From an uncultured Clostridia bacterium (lineage in GTDB: Bacteria; Bacillota; Clostridia; Lachnospirales; CAMVHY01), in contig CAMTJU010000006.1 in the NCBI GenBank assembly GCA_947073045.1, forward strand, positions 2,159-66,158: 64,000 nt of DNA. The letters are read 5' to 3'. Below, one piece after another: positions 48,364-58,420 of the stretch. The translations under genes and the position numbers were made by a program. The notes under the pieces were generated by a model. That model saw nothing but the letters and a program-made list of their open reading frames with translations, was not told the origin of the DNA and ran no database searches. Every line of letters starts with the position of its first letter. The stretch's first letter is position 1.

Positions 48364-48732
48364 ATGGCTCGTATAGCAGGTGTTGATTTACCTAGAGAAA
48401 AACGTGTCGAAATCGGTTTGACTTATGTATATGGAATAGGTCGCCCTAGCTCTAACAGAATTTTAAAAGAAGCAGGCGTTAATCCTGATACTAGAGTTCG
48501 CGATTTGACAGATGATGAAGTTTCAAAAATTCGTGATGTAATCGCTAAAACTCAAAAAGTTGAAGGTGATTTAAGAAGTGAAGTTGCTCTTAATATCAAA
48601 AGATTGATAGAAATCGGATGCTATCGTGGAGTTCGCCATAGACGTGGATTGCCAGTGCGTGGTCAACGTACAAAAACTAATGCGCGTACACGAAAAGGTC
48701 CGAAACGTACTGTTGCCAATAAGAAAAAATAA
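48364..48732 (+). CDS. rpsM: 30S ribosomal protein S13
   Basis: [15 protein letters not shown]. Confidence 0.95.
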   Translation: MARIAGVDLPREKRVEIGLTYVYGIGRPSSNRILKEAGVNPDTRVRDLTDDEVSKIRDVIAKTQKVEGDLRSEVALNIKRLIEIGCYRGVRHRRGLPVRGQRTKTNARTRKGPKRTVANKKK

Positions 48733-48745
48733 TGGAGGTGTTTAA

Positions 48746-49138
48746 ATGGCACAGGCTAAAAAAGTTGTAAAAAAGCGCCGTGATAAAAAATCTGTAGATC
48801 GCGGCCAAGCCCATATTCAATCTACTTTTAACAATACAATTGTTACAATAACCGATATGAAAGGCAATGCAGTATCATGGTCGAGCACGGGACAATTAAA
48901 TTTCAAAGGTTCAAAAAAATCTACTCCATATGCAGCGCAAATGGCAGCAAATAGTGCAGCTCAGGCAGCTCGTGAATTTGGAATGAAAACGGTTGAGGTA
49001 TACGTAAAAGGTCCAGGAAGCGGACGTGAAGCAGCTATTCGTGCTTTACAATCAGCTGGTCTTGAAGTTACAATGATAAAAGATGTGACGCCTGTTCCTC
49101 ATAATGGATGCAGGCCACCAAAACGCAGAAGAGTCTAA
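48746..49138 (+). CDS. rpsK: 30S ribosomal protein S11
   Basis: [16 protein letters not shown] ... [13 protein letters not shown]. Confidence 0.95.
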   Translation: MAQAKKVVKKRRDKKSVDRGQAHIQSTFNNTIVTITDMKGNAVSWSSTGQLNFKGSKKSTPYAAQMAANSAAQAAREFGMKTVEVYVKGPGSGREAAIRALQSAGLEVTMIKDVTPVPHNGCRPPKRRRV

Positions 49139-49156
49139 GGGGGGTGTATTTTTTAG

Positions 49157-49783
49157 ATGGCTAGATATATTGGTCCAGTTTGTAGATTATGTAGGCGCGA
49201 GGGCGAAAAACTTTATTTAAAAGGTGATAAATGCGCTAGCAAATCTTGTACTTTTAATAAAAGAGGTTATGCGCCGGGACAGCATGGTAGTGCTAAGAAA
49301 AAAATGTCTGAATATGGATTGCAGCTTCGTGAAAAACAAAAGGCTAAAAGAATTTATGGAGTGCTCGAGACTCAATTCAGAAATTATTTCAAAAAGGCTG
49401 ATAAAATGCCAGGCATTACTGGTGAAAATTTATTGATCATGCTCGAAAAAAGACTTGATAATGTTGTATATAGATTAGGATTTGCACGTTCACGTGCTGA
49501 AGCGCGTCAAGTTGTTCGCCATAATCACATAAAAGTTAATGGAAAAAAGGTTAATATTCCTTCGTACATCGTAAAAACTGGTGATGTTATAGAAGTTAAG
49601 AGAGAGGATGAACCGATTCAGCGCTTTAAAGATATTGTGGAAGTTACATCTTCAAGAATTGTGCCGGAATGGTTGAATTCTGACTATGCAAATTATAAGG
49701 GTACAGTTTTGAGTGAGCCACAGCGTTCGCAAATTGATTCACCTGTTAATGAAACATTAATTGTTGAGTTGTATTCGAAATAA
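49157..49783 (+). CDS. rpsD: 30S ribosomal protein S4
   Basis: [26 protein letters not shown]. Confidence 0.95.
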   Translation: MARYIGPVCRLCRREGEKLYLKGDKCASKSCTFNKRGYAPGQHGSAKKKMSEYGLQLREKQKAKRIYGVLETQFRNYFKKADKMPGITGENLLIMLEKRLDNVVYRLGFARSRAEARQVVRHNHIKVNGKKVNIPSYIVKTGDVIEVKREDEPIQRFKDIVEVTSSRIVPEWLNSDYANYKGTVLSEPQRSQIDSPVNETLIVELYSK

Positions 49784-49830
49784 TAATTTCTAGTGAAATT
49801 AGTGAAAAAAATAAAAGGAGGTTTTATTGA

Positions 49831-50787
49831 GTGTTTGAGTTTGAAAAACCTCACATAGAAATTACTCAAGCTTCAGAAGATGGCAAATATGGAAAATTTA
49901 TTGCGGGCCCATTTGAGCGTGGATACGGTACAACTTTAGGAAATTCTTTGAGGCGTGTTCTTTTATCTTCTATTCCTGGTACTGCTGTAAGTAATATAAA
50001 AGTTGATGGAATCGTTCACGAATTTACTAGTATTCCTGGAGTAAAGGAAGATGTTATAGAAATAATATTGAATTTAAAACGTCTTGCTATTAAAAATTTT
50101 ACTGACCGTTTTGAAAATAGAATTGCGCATATAAATGTCTCGGGTCAAAGAGAAATTACTTCTGAAGATATTGTTGTTGATAGCGATTTGAAAATTATAA
50201 ATAAAGATTTGCATATTGCAACTTTAAATAGTCCCGATAGTAAATTATCGATGGAATTGACAATAACTTCTGGAAGAGGTTATGTTAATGCAGAAAAAAA
50301 TAAGGAATTGAGTGAGTCAATCGGTACAATTCCTATTGATTCTATCTATACACCTATTGAGCGTGTGAATTTTTCTGTAGAAAATACGCGTGTTGGTAAT
50401 ATTACTGATTATGATAAATTGATTTTTGAGATATGGACAAACGGTACACTAAGTGCTGCAGATGCATTAAGCTGTGCTGCTAGAATAATGACGGAGCATT
50501 TAACTAGCTTTATTGATATTTCTGATAATAACACTATTGAAGATCCTGATTTAGTTAGAAACAGAATGGATAATGAAAAATTTATCAAACAGCCGATAGA
50601 AGATTTAGAATTTTCTGTTCGTGCTTATAATTGTTTAAAACGTACAGGCATAAATACAATTGAAGATTTGCTCAATAAAACGGAAGAAGAAATGCTCAAA
50701 GTCCGCAATTTAGGTAAAAAATCTTATTATGAAGTCATAACTAGATTAAATGATTTAGGTCTATCATTAAAAGAAAGTGATGAATAA
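49831..50787 (+). CDS. rpoA: DNA-directed RNA polymerase subunit alpha
   Basis: GYGTTLGNSLRRVLLSSIPG ... LEFSVRAYNCLKRTGINTIEDL; GTG start. Confidence 0.95.
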   Translation: MFEFEKPHIEITQASEDGKYGKFIAGPFERGYGTTLGNSLRRVLLSSIPGTAVSNIKVDGIVHEFTSIPGVKEDVIEIILNLKRLAIKNFTDRFENRIAHINVSGQREITSEDIVVDSDLKIINKDLHIATLNSPDSKLSMELTITSGRGYVNAEKNKELSESIGTIPIDSIYTPIERVNFSVENTRVGNITDYDKLIFEIWTNGTLSAADALSCAARIMTEHLTSFIDISDNNTIEDPDLVRNRMDNEKFIKQPIEDLEFSVRAYNCLKRTGINTIEDLLNKTEEEMLKVRNLGKKSYYEVITRLNDLGLSLKESDE

Positions 50788-50807
50788 AAAGAAAGGAGGA
50801 AAAAATA

Positions 50808-51338
50808 ATGCCGGGTTATAGAAAACTTGGATTTGCATCAAAAGAACGCAAAGCTGCATTTCGTAAATTGACAACAGATTTATTGTACTATGGTCGTATT
50901 ACAACTACTTTAACAAGAGCAAAAGAATTGCGTAAATTTGTAGAGCCATTAATAACGCTTGCAATAAGAGAACATGAAAATTATTCACAAGTTACAATAA
51001 AGGTAAAAGTTCCTAAAAAAGATGGAAATGGCAAAAGAATTCGTCAAGAAGTGGATGGAAAAAGAGTGGAAGTTTTTGAAGAGGTTGAGAAAACAATAAA
51101 GAAAGACAATCCTTCAAGACTTAATGCACGCCGTAAAATGCTCAGTTGGTTCTATCCAATTACAGAATTGCCACAGAATGCTAAAAAGAAAAAAGTTGTT
51201 AATTTCGATTTGGTAAGAAAAATGTTTGATGAAATTGCGCCAAAATATGCACAGCGCCAAGGCGGTTATACAAGAATTATTAAGCTTGGACCGCGTAAAG
51301 GCGATGCAGCGCAAATGGTAATAATAGAATTAGTTTAA
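50808..51338 (+). CDS. rplQ: 50S ribosomal protein L17 with an internal insertion of roughly 55 aa
   Basis: GYRKLGFASKERKAAFRKLTTDL and C-terminal RQGGYTRIIKLGPRKGDAAQMVIIELV. 176 aa, against roughly 113-130 aa in typical bacterial L17. Confidence 0.9.
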   Translation: MPGYRKLGFASKERKAAFRKLTTDLLYYGRITTTLTRAKELRKFVEPLITLAIREHENYSQVTIKVKVPKKDGNGKRIRQEVDGKRVEVFEEVEKTIKKDNPSRLNARRKMLSWFYPITELPQNAKKKKVVNFDLVRKMFDEIAPKYAQRQGGYTRIIKLGPRKGDAAQMVIIELV

Positions 51339-51361
51339 AGCAAAAAATATACAAGAAAATA

Positions 51362-51420
51362 TTGACCTCAATGATTAAATCCAAAATGGATTAAGTCTTA
51401 TTGAAGGTCATTTTTTTTTG
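51362..51420 (+). terminator. intrinsic terminator after rplQ
   Basis: TGACCTCAAT ... ATTGAAGGTCA long hairpin (inner AATCCA/TGGATT) followed by T9. Confidence 0.65.
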
Positions 51421-51518
51421 TATAAATTTAAATTAAGTTAAATTTTGTTTTGCCTTTAACTTAGGTATTGTATTTATATTTCAAATATATTACAAAAAGT
51501 ATTAAGGAGGCGATTAAG

Positions 51519-52199
51519 ATGGAAGAAGAAGCAAGAAGAAAAAATTATTTAAGATATTTGCAGGAACAAGATAAAATTGAAGACATAGAAAATGAAAATA
51601 AGGAAAAATTCATTAAAGAAAATGAAAAATCGCGTATTCAATATGAGATAAATAAAAATTCAGCAGCTCATAACGTGACTTTGCCAACTGAGTATGTAGT
51701 TGTAGTACAAAATGTTGTTGGAAATTTTGAAAAATTGCTTGCTATGGTTGAAAGTGACTTAAAAGGTTTAAATAAATTAAGTGAAAATAAACAAAGTAAT
51801 AATTCGAATAAATCAGAAAAACAATATGTAAAAAAAGATTTAGTTAATAAAAATGATAGTAATAATGAATTAAGCAGAGAGACTGTAGTTAATACTAGAA
51901 ATCAAATTTCCAATGCTGCTAATGTTTTGCAAAATTCTTTACGAAATAATGATATGATTTCGAATACTAATATGTTTGATAATATTAATAGGGGACTGAT
52001 TGAACTTTGTAATCGAAGAAGTCAAAATCAATATCAATCAATAATTTCTTTTTATACAGATTTAAGTGTTTTTTTAATATCATTTAATGCTATTTTTCGT
52101 CACAGTATATTTTCAAGAGTATCTTCCGATACAAATGCAGAACCGTTTAATTTATTTTATCAGCGTAATTCAAATGATGAACATGATTTGAATTTGTAA
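51519..52199 (+). CDS. hypothetical Asn/Lys/Glu-rich protein (orphan)
   Basis: ATG 51519 after AAGGAGG (MEEEARRKNY). No family recognised. Confidence 0.5.
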   Translation: MEEEARRKNYLRYLQEQDKIEDIENENKEKFIKENEKSRIQYEINKNSAAHNVTLPTEYVVVVQNVVGNFEKLLAMVESDLKGLNKLSENKQSNNSNKSEKQYVKKDLVNKNDSNNELSRETVVNTRNQISNAANVLQNSLRNNDMISNTNMFDNINRGLIELCNRRSQNQYQSIISFYTDLSVFLISFNAIFRHSIFSRVSSDTNAEPFNLFYQRNSNDEHDLNL

Positions 52200-52256
52200 A
52201 GAATATTTTAAAAAATGTTGTTTTTCGAATTTATAATTGTGTTTTTTATAAAGATA

Positions 52257-52286
52257 ACGCTTTCGATTGCGAAAGTGTTTTTTTTA
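52257..52286 (+). terminator. intrinsic terminator
   Basis: CGCTTTCG-ATTG-CGAAAGTG followed by T8. Confidence 0.55.
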
Positions 52287-52370
52287 TTAACTATTGGACA
52301 TTTTGTTTAGGTATATAATACGAATTTATAAAATAAGTAACGTGAATCCAAAATTTAAATAATTTATTTC

Positions 52371-52399
52371 TTGACAAGAAAATTATTTTATGATACAAT
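52371..52399 (+). promoter_or_regulatory. sigma-A-type promoter for the tRNA-Tyr/tRNA-Leu pair
   Basis: TTGACA (52371-52376), 17-nt spacer, TACAAT (52394-52399), 16 nt before the tRNA 5' end. Confidence 0.55.
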
Positions 52400-52415
52400 A
52401 AAAAAGTTGGTTTTT

Positions 52416-52497
52416 GGGAGAATTCCCGAGCGGTCAAAGGGGGCAGACTGTAAATCTGTTAGCATTGCTTTCGAAGGTTCGAATCCTTCTTCTCCCA
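52416..52497 (+). tRNA. tRNA-Tyr (anticodon GTA), long variable arm
   Basis: GGGAGAATTCCCGAGCGGTCAAAGGGGGCAGACTGTAAATCTGTT...GAAGGTTCGAATCCTTCTTCTCCCA. Confidence 0.9.
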
Positions 52498-52535
52498 GTT
52501 TTTGTTTTATTATTTTTGATATTATTTTAAAAATT

Positions 52536-52621
52536 GCTCGAGTGGCGGAACAGGTAGACGCACAGGACTTAAAATCCTGCGGGAGTTAAATCCCGTACCG
52601 GTTCGATTCCGGTCTCGAGCA
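52536..52621 (+). tRNA. tRNA-Leu (anticodon TAA)
   Basis: GCTCGAGTGGCGGAACAGGTAGACGCACAGGACTTAAAATCCTGCG...GGTTCGATTCCGGTCTCGAGCA. Confidence 0.9.
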
Positions 52622-52648
52622 TTTTTTTATATTTGGGAGTGTTATTGA

Positions 52649-53089
52649 ATGGCATATGTATTAAATTGTATGACAATAAGAACTAATAATACGCATGAAG
52701 GAATTTCAAAAATAGATGAATTGTGGAAAGATATTGTAAGTGGGAAATTACCAATTTTATTTGATAGTGAACATAATTTTCAAAATGGTTTATCTCCTGT
52801 ATCTAGGTATAGTAATTATGATGAAAATGGCAACTATGATTTAAGCATTTTAGGTGTTAGAGCTGATTTTTTTAAGGAGTTAGAAAATACAAAAGATGCA
52901 TATAAAAAATATGATTTTTGTGCAGAAGACATATCAAAATGTACAAAGAATGCATGGAAAACAGTTTGGGATGACCAAAAAAATGGTTTAATAAATAGAT
53001 CGTATACAATTGATTATGAGAGTACAGTGCCCGCTGAATATTCGAAAGATGGAAAAGCACATTGTTATCTTTATATTGCAGTTAAATAA
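52649..53089 (+). CDS. GyrI-like / effector-binding-domain protein (tentative)
   Basis: 146 aa, cytoplasmic. The pattern resembles stand-alone AraC-type effector-binding (GyrI-like) domains. Call is from memory of the fold family only. Confidence 0.4.
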   Translation: MAYVLNCMTIRTNNTHEGISKIDELWKDIVSGKLPILFDSEHNFQNGLSPVSRYSNYDENGNYDLSILGVRADFFKELENTKDAYKKYDFCAEDISKCTKNAWKTVWDDQKNGLINRSYTIDYESTVPAEYSKDGKAHCYLYIAVK

Positions 53090-53262
53090 ATAAAGTAAGG
53101 GTAATCAGTTTTGTAGCATTGACTGGTATAGTATATGAAATAGAAGATTTTGGTGTATTTATAATTTAAAAACAAGATTTAGTCATGAAATTATTGTTGT
53201 ATTTGTTGTAGAAATTCCTCATTGGGCATTTTCACAATAGAGAAAATAAAGGAGTTAATAGT

Positions 53263-53568
53263 ATGAAATTCATTGATATATTTGGAATTTGTTTGCTTAT
53301 ATCTGTTGTTATGTATTTTATTACTTATAAAAAAAATAATAAAATGTCTAAAATTTTATGCTGTATATCTGATAATGGAATTTATTTGTCTACCTTGTTA
53401 ATTTTTATGTATTATTTCAATGTACCTTTTTTATTGATTTTATCATATGTTTTTGTTGTATTATTAATTATTTTAATAACTGCATTCGTGTTTAAAAAAG
53501 ATTTTAATTTTATTAAACTTGTACATGGATTAGTGTTTTTGATTCTCGTATTTAGATATTTAATTTGA
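53263..53568 (+). CDS. small hypothetical membrane protein (3 TM segments)
   Basis: AAGGAG RBS; three hydrophobic stretches; 101 aa. Confidence 0.45.
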   Translation: MKFIDIFGICLLISVVMYFITYKKNNKMSKILCCISDNGIYLSTLLIFMYYFNVPFLLILSYVFVVLLIILITAFVFKKDFNFIKLVHGLVFLILVFRYLI

Positions 53569-53626
53569 TTTGTAGTTATTTTATAAAAGAGCATAGTAAA
53601 AAAGCAGAAAATTTTTCTGCTTTTTT

Positions 53627-54427
53627 TTATTTCTCGCCTGTTGATATATCAATTATTTCTCCGGATTTTATTTTCAAATTGAAAATGCCGGCAGAAATTT
53701 TTTTTTGCAGTTTTGTATTGAAGAATCTTTTTACTGGCGGGCATTCAACATAAATTTTATTGCCTCTGTTTTTTAATATTGAACAATTTTTTAATTCAAA
53801 TTCATCGCTGTATGACAAAACTGATATTATTTCATTTTCATTGCATAAAATTTGAGTTTCTTTATCTATAAAATCAAAGTCAATTCCCTCAATTGAAAAA
53901 TAATTTTCACTTGTAATAATGTAATTTTGTAAAATCTTTTTGTTTTGTAAAGATGTTGCAAGCGTAATTATTTTTTTTTGCGTTATTTTTGTATCCAAAT
54001 CTTTTATTGTATCCATAAATAATTTGACCCACAGTGAATATGAAATATTTTTGTTTTTATTTTCATCTGTAATTTTTATTTTAATTGTGTTTGATGGATT
54101 GATTTTGTCCAGTAAATATTGAGCTTGGATAAGAGTGAGAGGGTTTTGCGGCTCAAATTTGTTTTCTGTGCCGCTCATTAATTTTTTGTTATACACAGCA
54201 TTTATGTATTTGTCATACCATTTTGTAGCGTCAGTGTCGCTAAAATTTATATTGCGAGAATTGTACAAATCAATTATTTCATTTTTATCGCAATACATAA
54301 AAGCAAGCATTTTTGCAATTTGTGCACGACTTATTGTTTTGTCAGAACCGTAATTTATTTGCTGCGCATATATATTTTTGCTTAGAAAAATTGTACAAAA
54401 AAAAACTGCCAAAAAAATTTTTTTCAT
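53627..54427 (-). CDS. secreted protein with N-terminal SLH (S-layer homology)-like domain
   Basis: Signal peptide MKKIFLAVFFCTIFLSKNIYA. ISRAQIAKMLA ... FSDTDATKWYDKYINAVYNKKLMSGTENKFEPQNPLTLIQAQYLL fits the SLH pattern. Adjacent to the csaB cluster. Confidence 0.55.
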   Translation of the reverse strand: MKKIFLAVFFCTIFLSKNIYAQQINYGSDKTISRAQIAKMLAFMYCDKNEIIDLYNSRNINFSDTDATKWYDKYINAVYNKKLMSGTENKFEPQNPLTLIQAQYLLDKINPSNTIKIKITDENKNKNISYSLWVKLFMDTIKDLDTKITQKKIITLATSLQNKKILQNYIITSENYFSIEGIDFDFIDKETQILCNENEIISVLSYSDEFELKNCSILKNRGNKIYVECPPVKRFFNTKLQKKISAGIFNLKIKSGEIIDISTGEK

Positions 54428-54481
54428 AATCGCAATCTCCCTTGATTAAATTTAATATAAATATATTAATTTTGGACGAGA

Positions 54482-55192
54482 TTATGAAAATTTTTTTAGC
54501 AGTACTGCAGCCAAAAATTTAGGTAATGCAAGCATTCTCCAAAATCTTTTTGGCTGCTTAATTAATCTGTAAAACCATTCCAGCCCCAATTTTTGAAAAA
54601 TAGTAGGGGCGCGTTTTATTTTTCCTGACATTACATCAAAACTTCCGCCAATGCCAATAAAAACTTTAGCATTTAATTTATCTTTGTATTTATAAATCCA
54701 TTTTTCTTGTTTTGGTGCGCCCATTCCAACCAATAAAACATCTGGATTCAAAAGATTAATTTGATTGATAATTTCTTCATTGTTGTCAAAAAAACCGTTG
54801 TGTGCACCGACAATATTGATATTTTTAAATTTTTCTTGCATGTTTTTTTTGGCAAGTTCAATAATTTGTGTGCTGCTGCCCAAAAAATAAATTTTGTAAT
54901 TTTTACTCATAGAGAAAAATTTTTGAACAAGATCGTATCCTGCAACACGATTTTTAATTTTTATTTTGTTAAATTTTGAAGCTAAAACAATTCCTATACC
55001 ATCGGCAATGACAAGATCGGCAGAATTAATTATCTTTTTCAATTCCAAATCTTTTTGCGCAATCATAACTATTTCAGGGTTTGGAGTTACGACGAAACAT
55101 TTTTCATTGTTTTCAATTGCATTGATTAATTTTTGCGTAGCGTCATCAATTTGTATCACATCAAAATTTATATTAAGTATATTGGTTTTCAT
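54482..55192 (-). CDS. tagA: WecB/TagA/CpsF-family glycosyltransferase
   Basis: VVTPNPEIVM ... ADGIGIVLAS ... GAPKQEKWI ... IGIGGSFD. Confidence 0.85.
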   Translation of the reverse strand: MKTNILNINFDVIQIDDATQKLINAIENNEKCFVVTPNPEIVMIAQKDLELKKIINSADLVIADGIGIVLASKFNKIKIKNRVAGYDLVQKFFSMSKNYKIYFLGSSTQIIELAKKNMQEKFKNINIVGAHNGFFDNNEEIINQINLLNPDVLLVGMGAPKQEKWIYKYKDKLNAKVFIGIGGSFDVMSGKIKRAPTIFQKLGLEWFYRLIKQPKRFWRMLALPKFLAAVLLKKFS

Positions 55193-55200
55193 ATTGCCTC

Positions 55201-57402
55201 CTAAAATATTGGTTTATCAAGTAATTCCAAAGCTAATTGTGTATTTTGCATAGCTTTTTCTTTAAATTGCATAGCGCATGTTTTTAATTGCTGTGAAATT
55301 TTATTTTGATTAATAATAATTTCGGATACAAAATTTTTCAATACGGTAAGATTTATATTTTTAACGTCAATGTATGTATTTTGATTAGTTTCTTGCATTA
55401 TTGCTTTAACTTTTGGATCGTATACAAGTGCAAGGATTGGAGTAGCTGTTTGAATGGCATAAATAATTGTGTGCAGACGCATGCCCAAAATAAATTCGGC
55501 ATTGGCTATCAAATTTAATAAATCATGTGTAGCATAATCAATTCCGATATATTTTGTATGAGTTTTCATCAAAGAGATAATTTTTTTAGAAATTTCGACA
55601 TCGTTTGAAGGATGCATAGGTATGAAAACAGGAAGTAGATTATATTTTTGCTGCAGGTAGTCACAAAATACAGCCATGTTTTTTTCAAATCCATCAGCAT
55701 TATATTTCCAACTTCGCAAAGCTACAACAAAATATTTTTGATGAGATTTGAGATCAAATTTTAAAGCAGTTGTTTTAGTAAAATCGAGATTGAGATTAAA
55801 AGCGGCATCAGCCGTAATTATTATTTTAGGTTTATTTATATTAAGGTTTTCGAGCTCAATCAAAGAATTTTTATCACGCAAAGTTATTAAATCAACTTGA
55901 TTCAAGATTTTTGTTACAAGTTGCCTGTTTTTACTTCGGTTGATTGGACCGATTCCATTTGAATAAAGCATAACGGGGACATTATTTTTGATTGCAGTTT
56001 TTATTATCCACAGATAATATTTAAGAGAATGCGTGCTTGTTAAATCTTGAATTAAGCTTCCGCCACCACTTATTAATAAATTTGTTTGACGCATATATTT
56101 TCTTATTGCAAAAAAGTTGAAACGGTTTATTGCAAATACGTTATATAATTTTTTAGTTTCGAACGGACGTTTTGACAAGACCGTAATTTTTATTTGCGGT
56201 CTGGATTTTTTTAAATTATCTGTTATTGATTTCAAAACAGAATCATCACCATTATTATTAAAGCCATAATAACCTGAAATCATTATGTCTATATTTTTTT
56301 GGTTGTATCTGACTGATTCATAAACATTTAATGCATCATCAGCCATTTTTTCTACTGAATAAAGTTTTTTTATTACATCGAAGCAATATGTTCCAAGTTG
56401 TTTTAAATCATCTTTATTCATTGAAAGCAATTTGTTGATATCATTTTTTAAATTATCAGCAGATATGTTTTCGCAATTTCGGCAACAAAAATTTGTTTGA
56501 ATAGCGCTATCAAGTTTTGTCTCATCAAATATTCCTATATAACCTTCGTTGCCCGCTAAAATTGTTGGAGTTTTTGCAGACATTGCCTCAAGTGCAGCGC
56601 GACTTACACCAACAAAAATATCAGCCATTGCTAAAAATTTGTTTATATCGACTCGAGCGCCTGTGATGTAAACAATTTTACCATCTTTATTTATTTTTTC
56701 AGCTTTTGATTTAATTTGCGCAATATCATTCCCACCACCAACAATAATTAATTCGGTGTTATTTTTACAAATATCTTTAGCAATTTCTAAAAGTTTGTGT
56801 GCGCAAAAACTTCGGTCTTTGTCCAGACGGCTAACGCAAACTATATGTTTTTTATTTTTGTTGAAGCCAAACTCTTTTACAATATCGTTGTATTTTACGG
56901 AAGATGAGAAATTTTCTGTGTCAATTCCATTTATTGTGATAGCAATATTTTTTTCATCTAAATTGTAGTTATCTATTAGATATTTTTTTATATCTTCGCT
57001 TACAGCTAAAGTTTTTTCTCCCCAATTTGTAAGTATATTGAGAGGGAAAGTCGATTTAAAAATCCAATGGGCGGTGGTAACAAATCTAAAATTCAATTTT
57101 TTTTGTAATAAGCCACACAAAAAAGCCGGTATCCTTGCGTGTGCATGTACCAGCTTTATTTTGTTTTCAATAATTATTTTTTTGAGTAGGTAATAAGATT
57201 TTATTAGGTTATTTATTTTTTTATTGTGTAGGGGAACTTTGTAATGTTTGATTTTGTATTTATTGAGTTCTTTTTCATAAGCGCCACCATTTGATGCAAC
57301 AATAATTTCGCAATTGCGTTTTTTAAGAGCTTTGCATAATTCGAGGACATGAGTTTCAGCGCCGCCTATCTCCATTCCCATTAAAACCATTAAAATTTTC
57401 AT
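55201..57402 (-). CDS. csaB: fusion of a GT4 glycosyltransferase (N-terminal) and a CsaB-type polysaccharide pyruvyl transferase (C-terminal)
   Basis: N-terminus MKILMVLMGMEIGGAETHVLELC ... RAALEAMSAKTP. From ~aa 375, IDIMISGYYGFNNNGDDSVLKSI ... SGGGSLIQD ... MRLHTIIYA (pyruvyl transferase). Confidence 0.8.
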   Translation of the reverse strand: MKILMVLMGMEIGGAETHVLELCKALKKRNCEIIVASNGGAYEKELNKYKIKHYKVPLHNKKINNLIKSYYLLKKIIIENKIKLVHAHARIPAFLCGLLQKKLNFRFVTTAHWIFKSTFPLNILTNWGEKTLAVSEDIKKYLIDNYNLDEKNIAITINGIDTENFSSSVKYNDIVKEFGFNKNKKHIVCVSRLDKDRSFCAHKLLEIAKDICKNNTELIIVGGGNDIAQIKSKAEKINKDGKIVYITGARVDINKFLAMADIFVGVSRAALEAMSAKTPTILAGNEGYIGIFDETKLDSAIQTNFCCRNCENISADNLKNDINKLLSMNKDDLKQLGTYCFDVIKKLYSVEKMADDALNVYESVRYNQKNIDIMISGYYGFNNNGDDSVLKSITDNLKKSRPQIKITVLSKRPFETKKLYNVFAINRFNFFAIRKYMRQTNLLISGGGSLIQDLTSTHSLKYYLWIIKTAIKNNVPVMLYSNGIGPINRSKNRQLVTKILNQVDLITLRDKNSLIELENLNINKPKIIITADAAFNLNLDFTKTTALKFDLKSHQKYFVVALRSWKYNADGFEKNMAVFCDYLQQKYNLLPVFIPMHPSNDVEISKKIISLMKTHTKYIGIDYATHDLLNLIANAEFILGMRLHTIIYAIQTATPILALVYDPKVKAIMQETNQNTYIDVKNINLTVLKNFVSEIIINQNKISQQLKTCAMQFKEKAMQNTQLALELLDKPIF

Positions 57403-57404
57403 GA

Positions 57405-57899
57405 TTAATCACCTATTTTTTCTACTGTACCAATTACATCTGCGTATTTAGTCATAATATAAATATCGGCACCAGATTTAAGTTCGTAAGTTCCACCAAT
57501 TAAGTAAGCTTGTTCAGTTTCGACGGCATTAGCTTCTACATCTAAAAGTATTTGAATTTTATCAGGCTTTTGTGCATAATGAACAACACCGTTTATGTCT
57601 GTTACGTAATCATAATAATCCTTAATGCTAAAATTTGTTATTGTTCCAAGAAAAACACCTGTTTTTGAATCTGATACACTTAAATTTTTTTGATAGAACT
57701 TTACGGAAGATTTTTTTACATCTTTGATTAAAATTTGATAATGAATTTTTTGTGAGCTGCCATTAATATTTGTAGCATGTGATTTAAATTTATAAAATGT
57801 TCCGATAGCGACAATCAATAATAAAACAAGTACGCAAAAATCAATTATGTTAATGAATCCGAAAATCTTGCCATTATCGTCTATTAATTTTTTTTTCAT
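57405..57899 (-). CDS. DUF4330-family membrane-anchored protein
   Basis: DDNGKIFGFINIIDFCVLVLLLIVAIG N-terminus typical of DUF4330; paralog of the next gene. Confidence 0.6.
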   Translation of the reverse strand: MKKKLIDDNGKIFGFINIIDFCVLVLLLIVAIGTFYKFKSHATNINGSSQKIHYQILIKDVKKSSVKFYQKNLSVSDSKTGVFLGTITNFSIKDYYDYVTDINGVVHYAQKPDKIQILLDVEANAVETEQAYLIGGTYELKSGADIYIMTKYADVIGTVEKIGD

Positions 57900-57904
57900 C
57901 TAAT

Positions 57905-58420
57905 TCACTCCGTTTCCATATTTATTATATATCCATACACAACGTAACCTTTAGATTTGAGCGACATTAATTTTCCCAAACGAATTGGATTAGTATCAAC
58001 AGTTATTGCATCATCGGAAATATTTGCGTCGCACTCAACTGTAATTTCAATATCAATTTTATCTGGGATTTGTGATAAAACAAACTCGCCTGTTACATTA
58101 TTTTCTGTGATTTTTTTAGCAGACTTAAATTTAATATCAGAAACTTTGCCATAAAAATAACCGTGTATATTATCACGAATTTGGTCGCCAATAGAAATTT
58201 TTTCTTGAAAATCTTTATCGAGCTCTAAAGCTTCTATTGTAAAATAAAATTTTTGTGTGTCTTGCAAAATACTGCTAGATTTATTATAAATTTTCATTCC
58301 AAATACAGTTATTATTAGCAAAATAATAATAACAATAACGATATCAAATGCATTAAGAATATGCTTTGATTTTTTTTTTGCTGCCTCTTTTTTTCCATTT
58401 TCCTTATTTTTTTCATCCAT
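57905..58420 (-). CDS. DUF4330-family membrane-anchored protein
   Basis: NAFDIVIVIIILLIITVFG anchor plus beta-rich C-domain; paralog of 57405-57899. Confidence 0.55.
   Translation of the reverse strand: MDEKNKENGKKEAAKKKSKHILNAFDIVIVIIILLIITVFGMKIYNKSSSILQDTQKFYFTIEALELDKDFQEKISIGDQIRDNIHGYFYGKVSDIKFKSAKKITENNVTGEFVLSQIPDKIDIEITVECDANISDDAITVDTNPIRLGKLMSLKSKGYVVYGYIINMETE

Noticed and set aside
36054-51314. Many minus-strand track ORFs inside the ribosomal cluster (e.g. 37085-37471, 38321-38734, 40845-41381, 44752-45150)
   Set aside because: All are antisense shadows of highly conserved plus-strand r-protein genes, with no RBS and no recognisable products.
52371-52589. 72-aa plus-strand ORF
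   Set aside because: It spans the promoter, tRNA-Tyr and part of tRNA-Leu. The tRNA cloverleaves explain the sequence.
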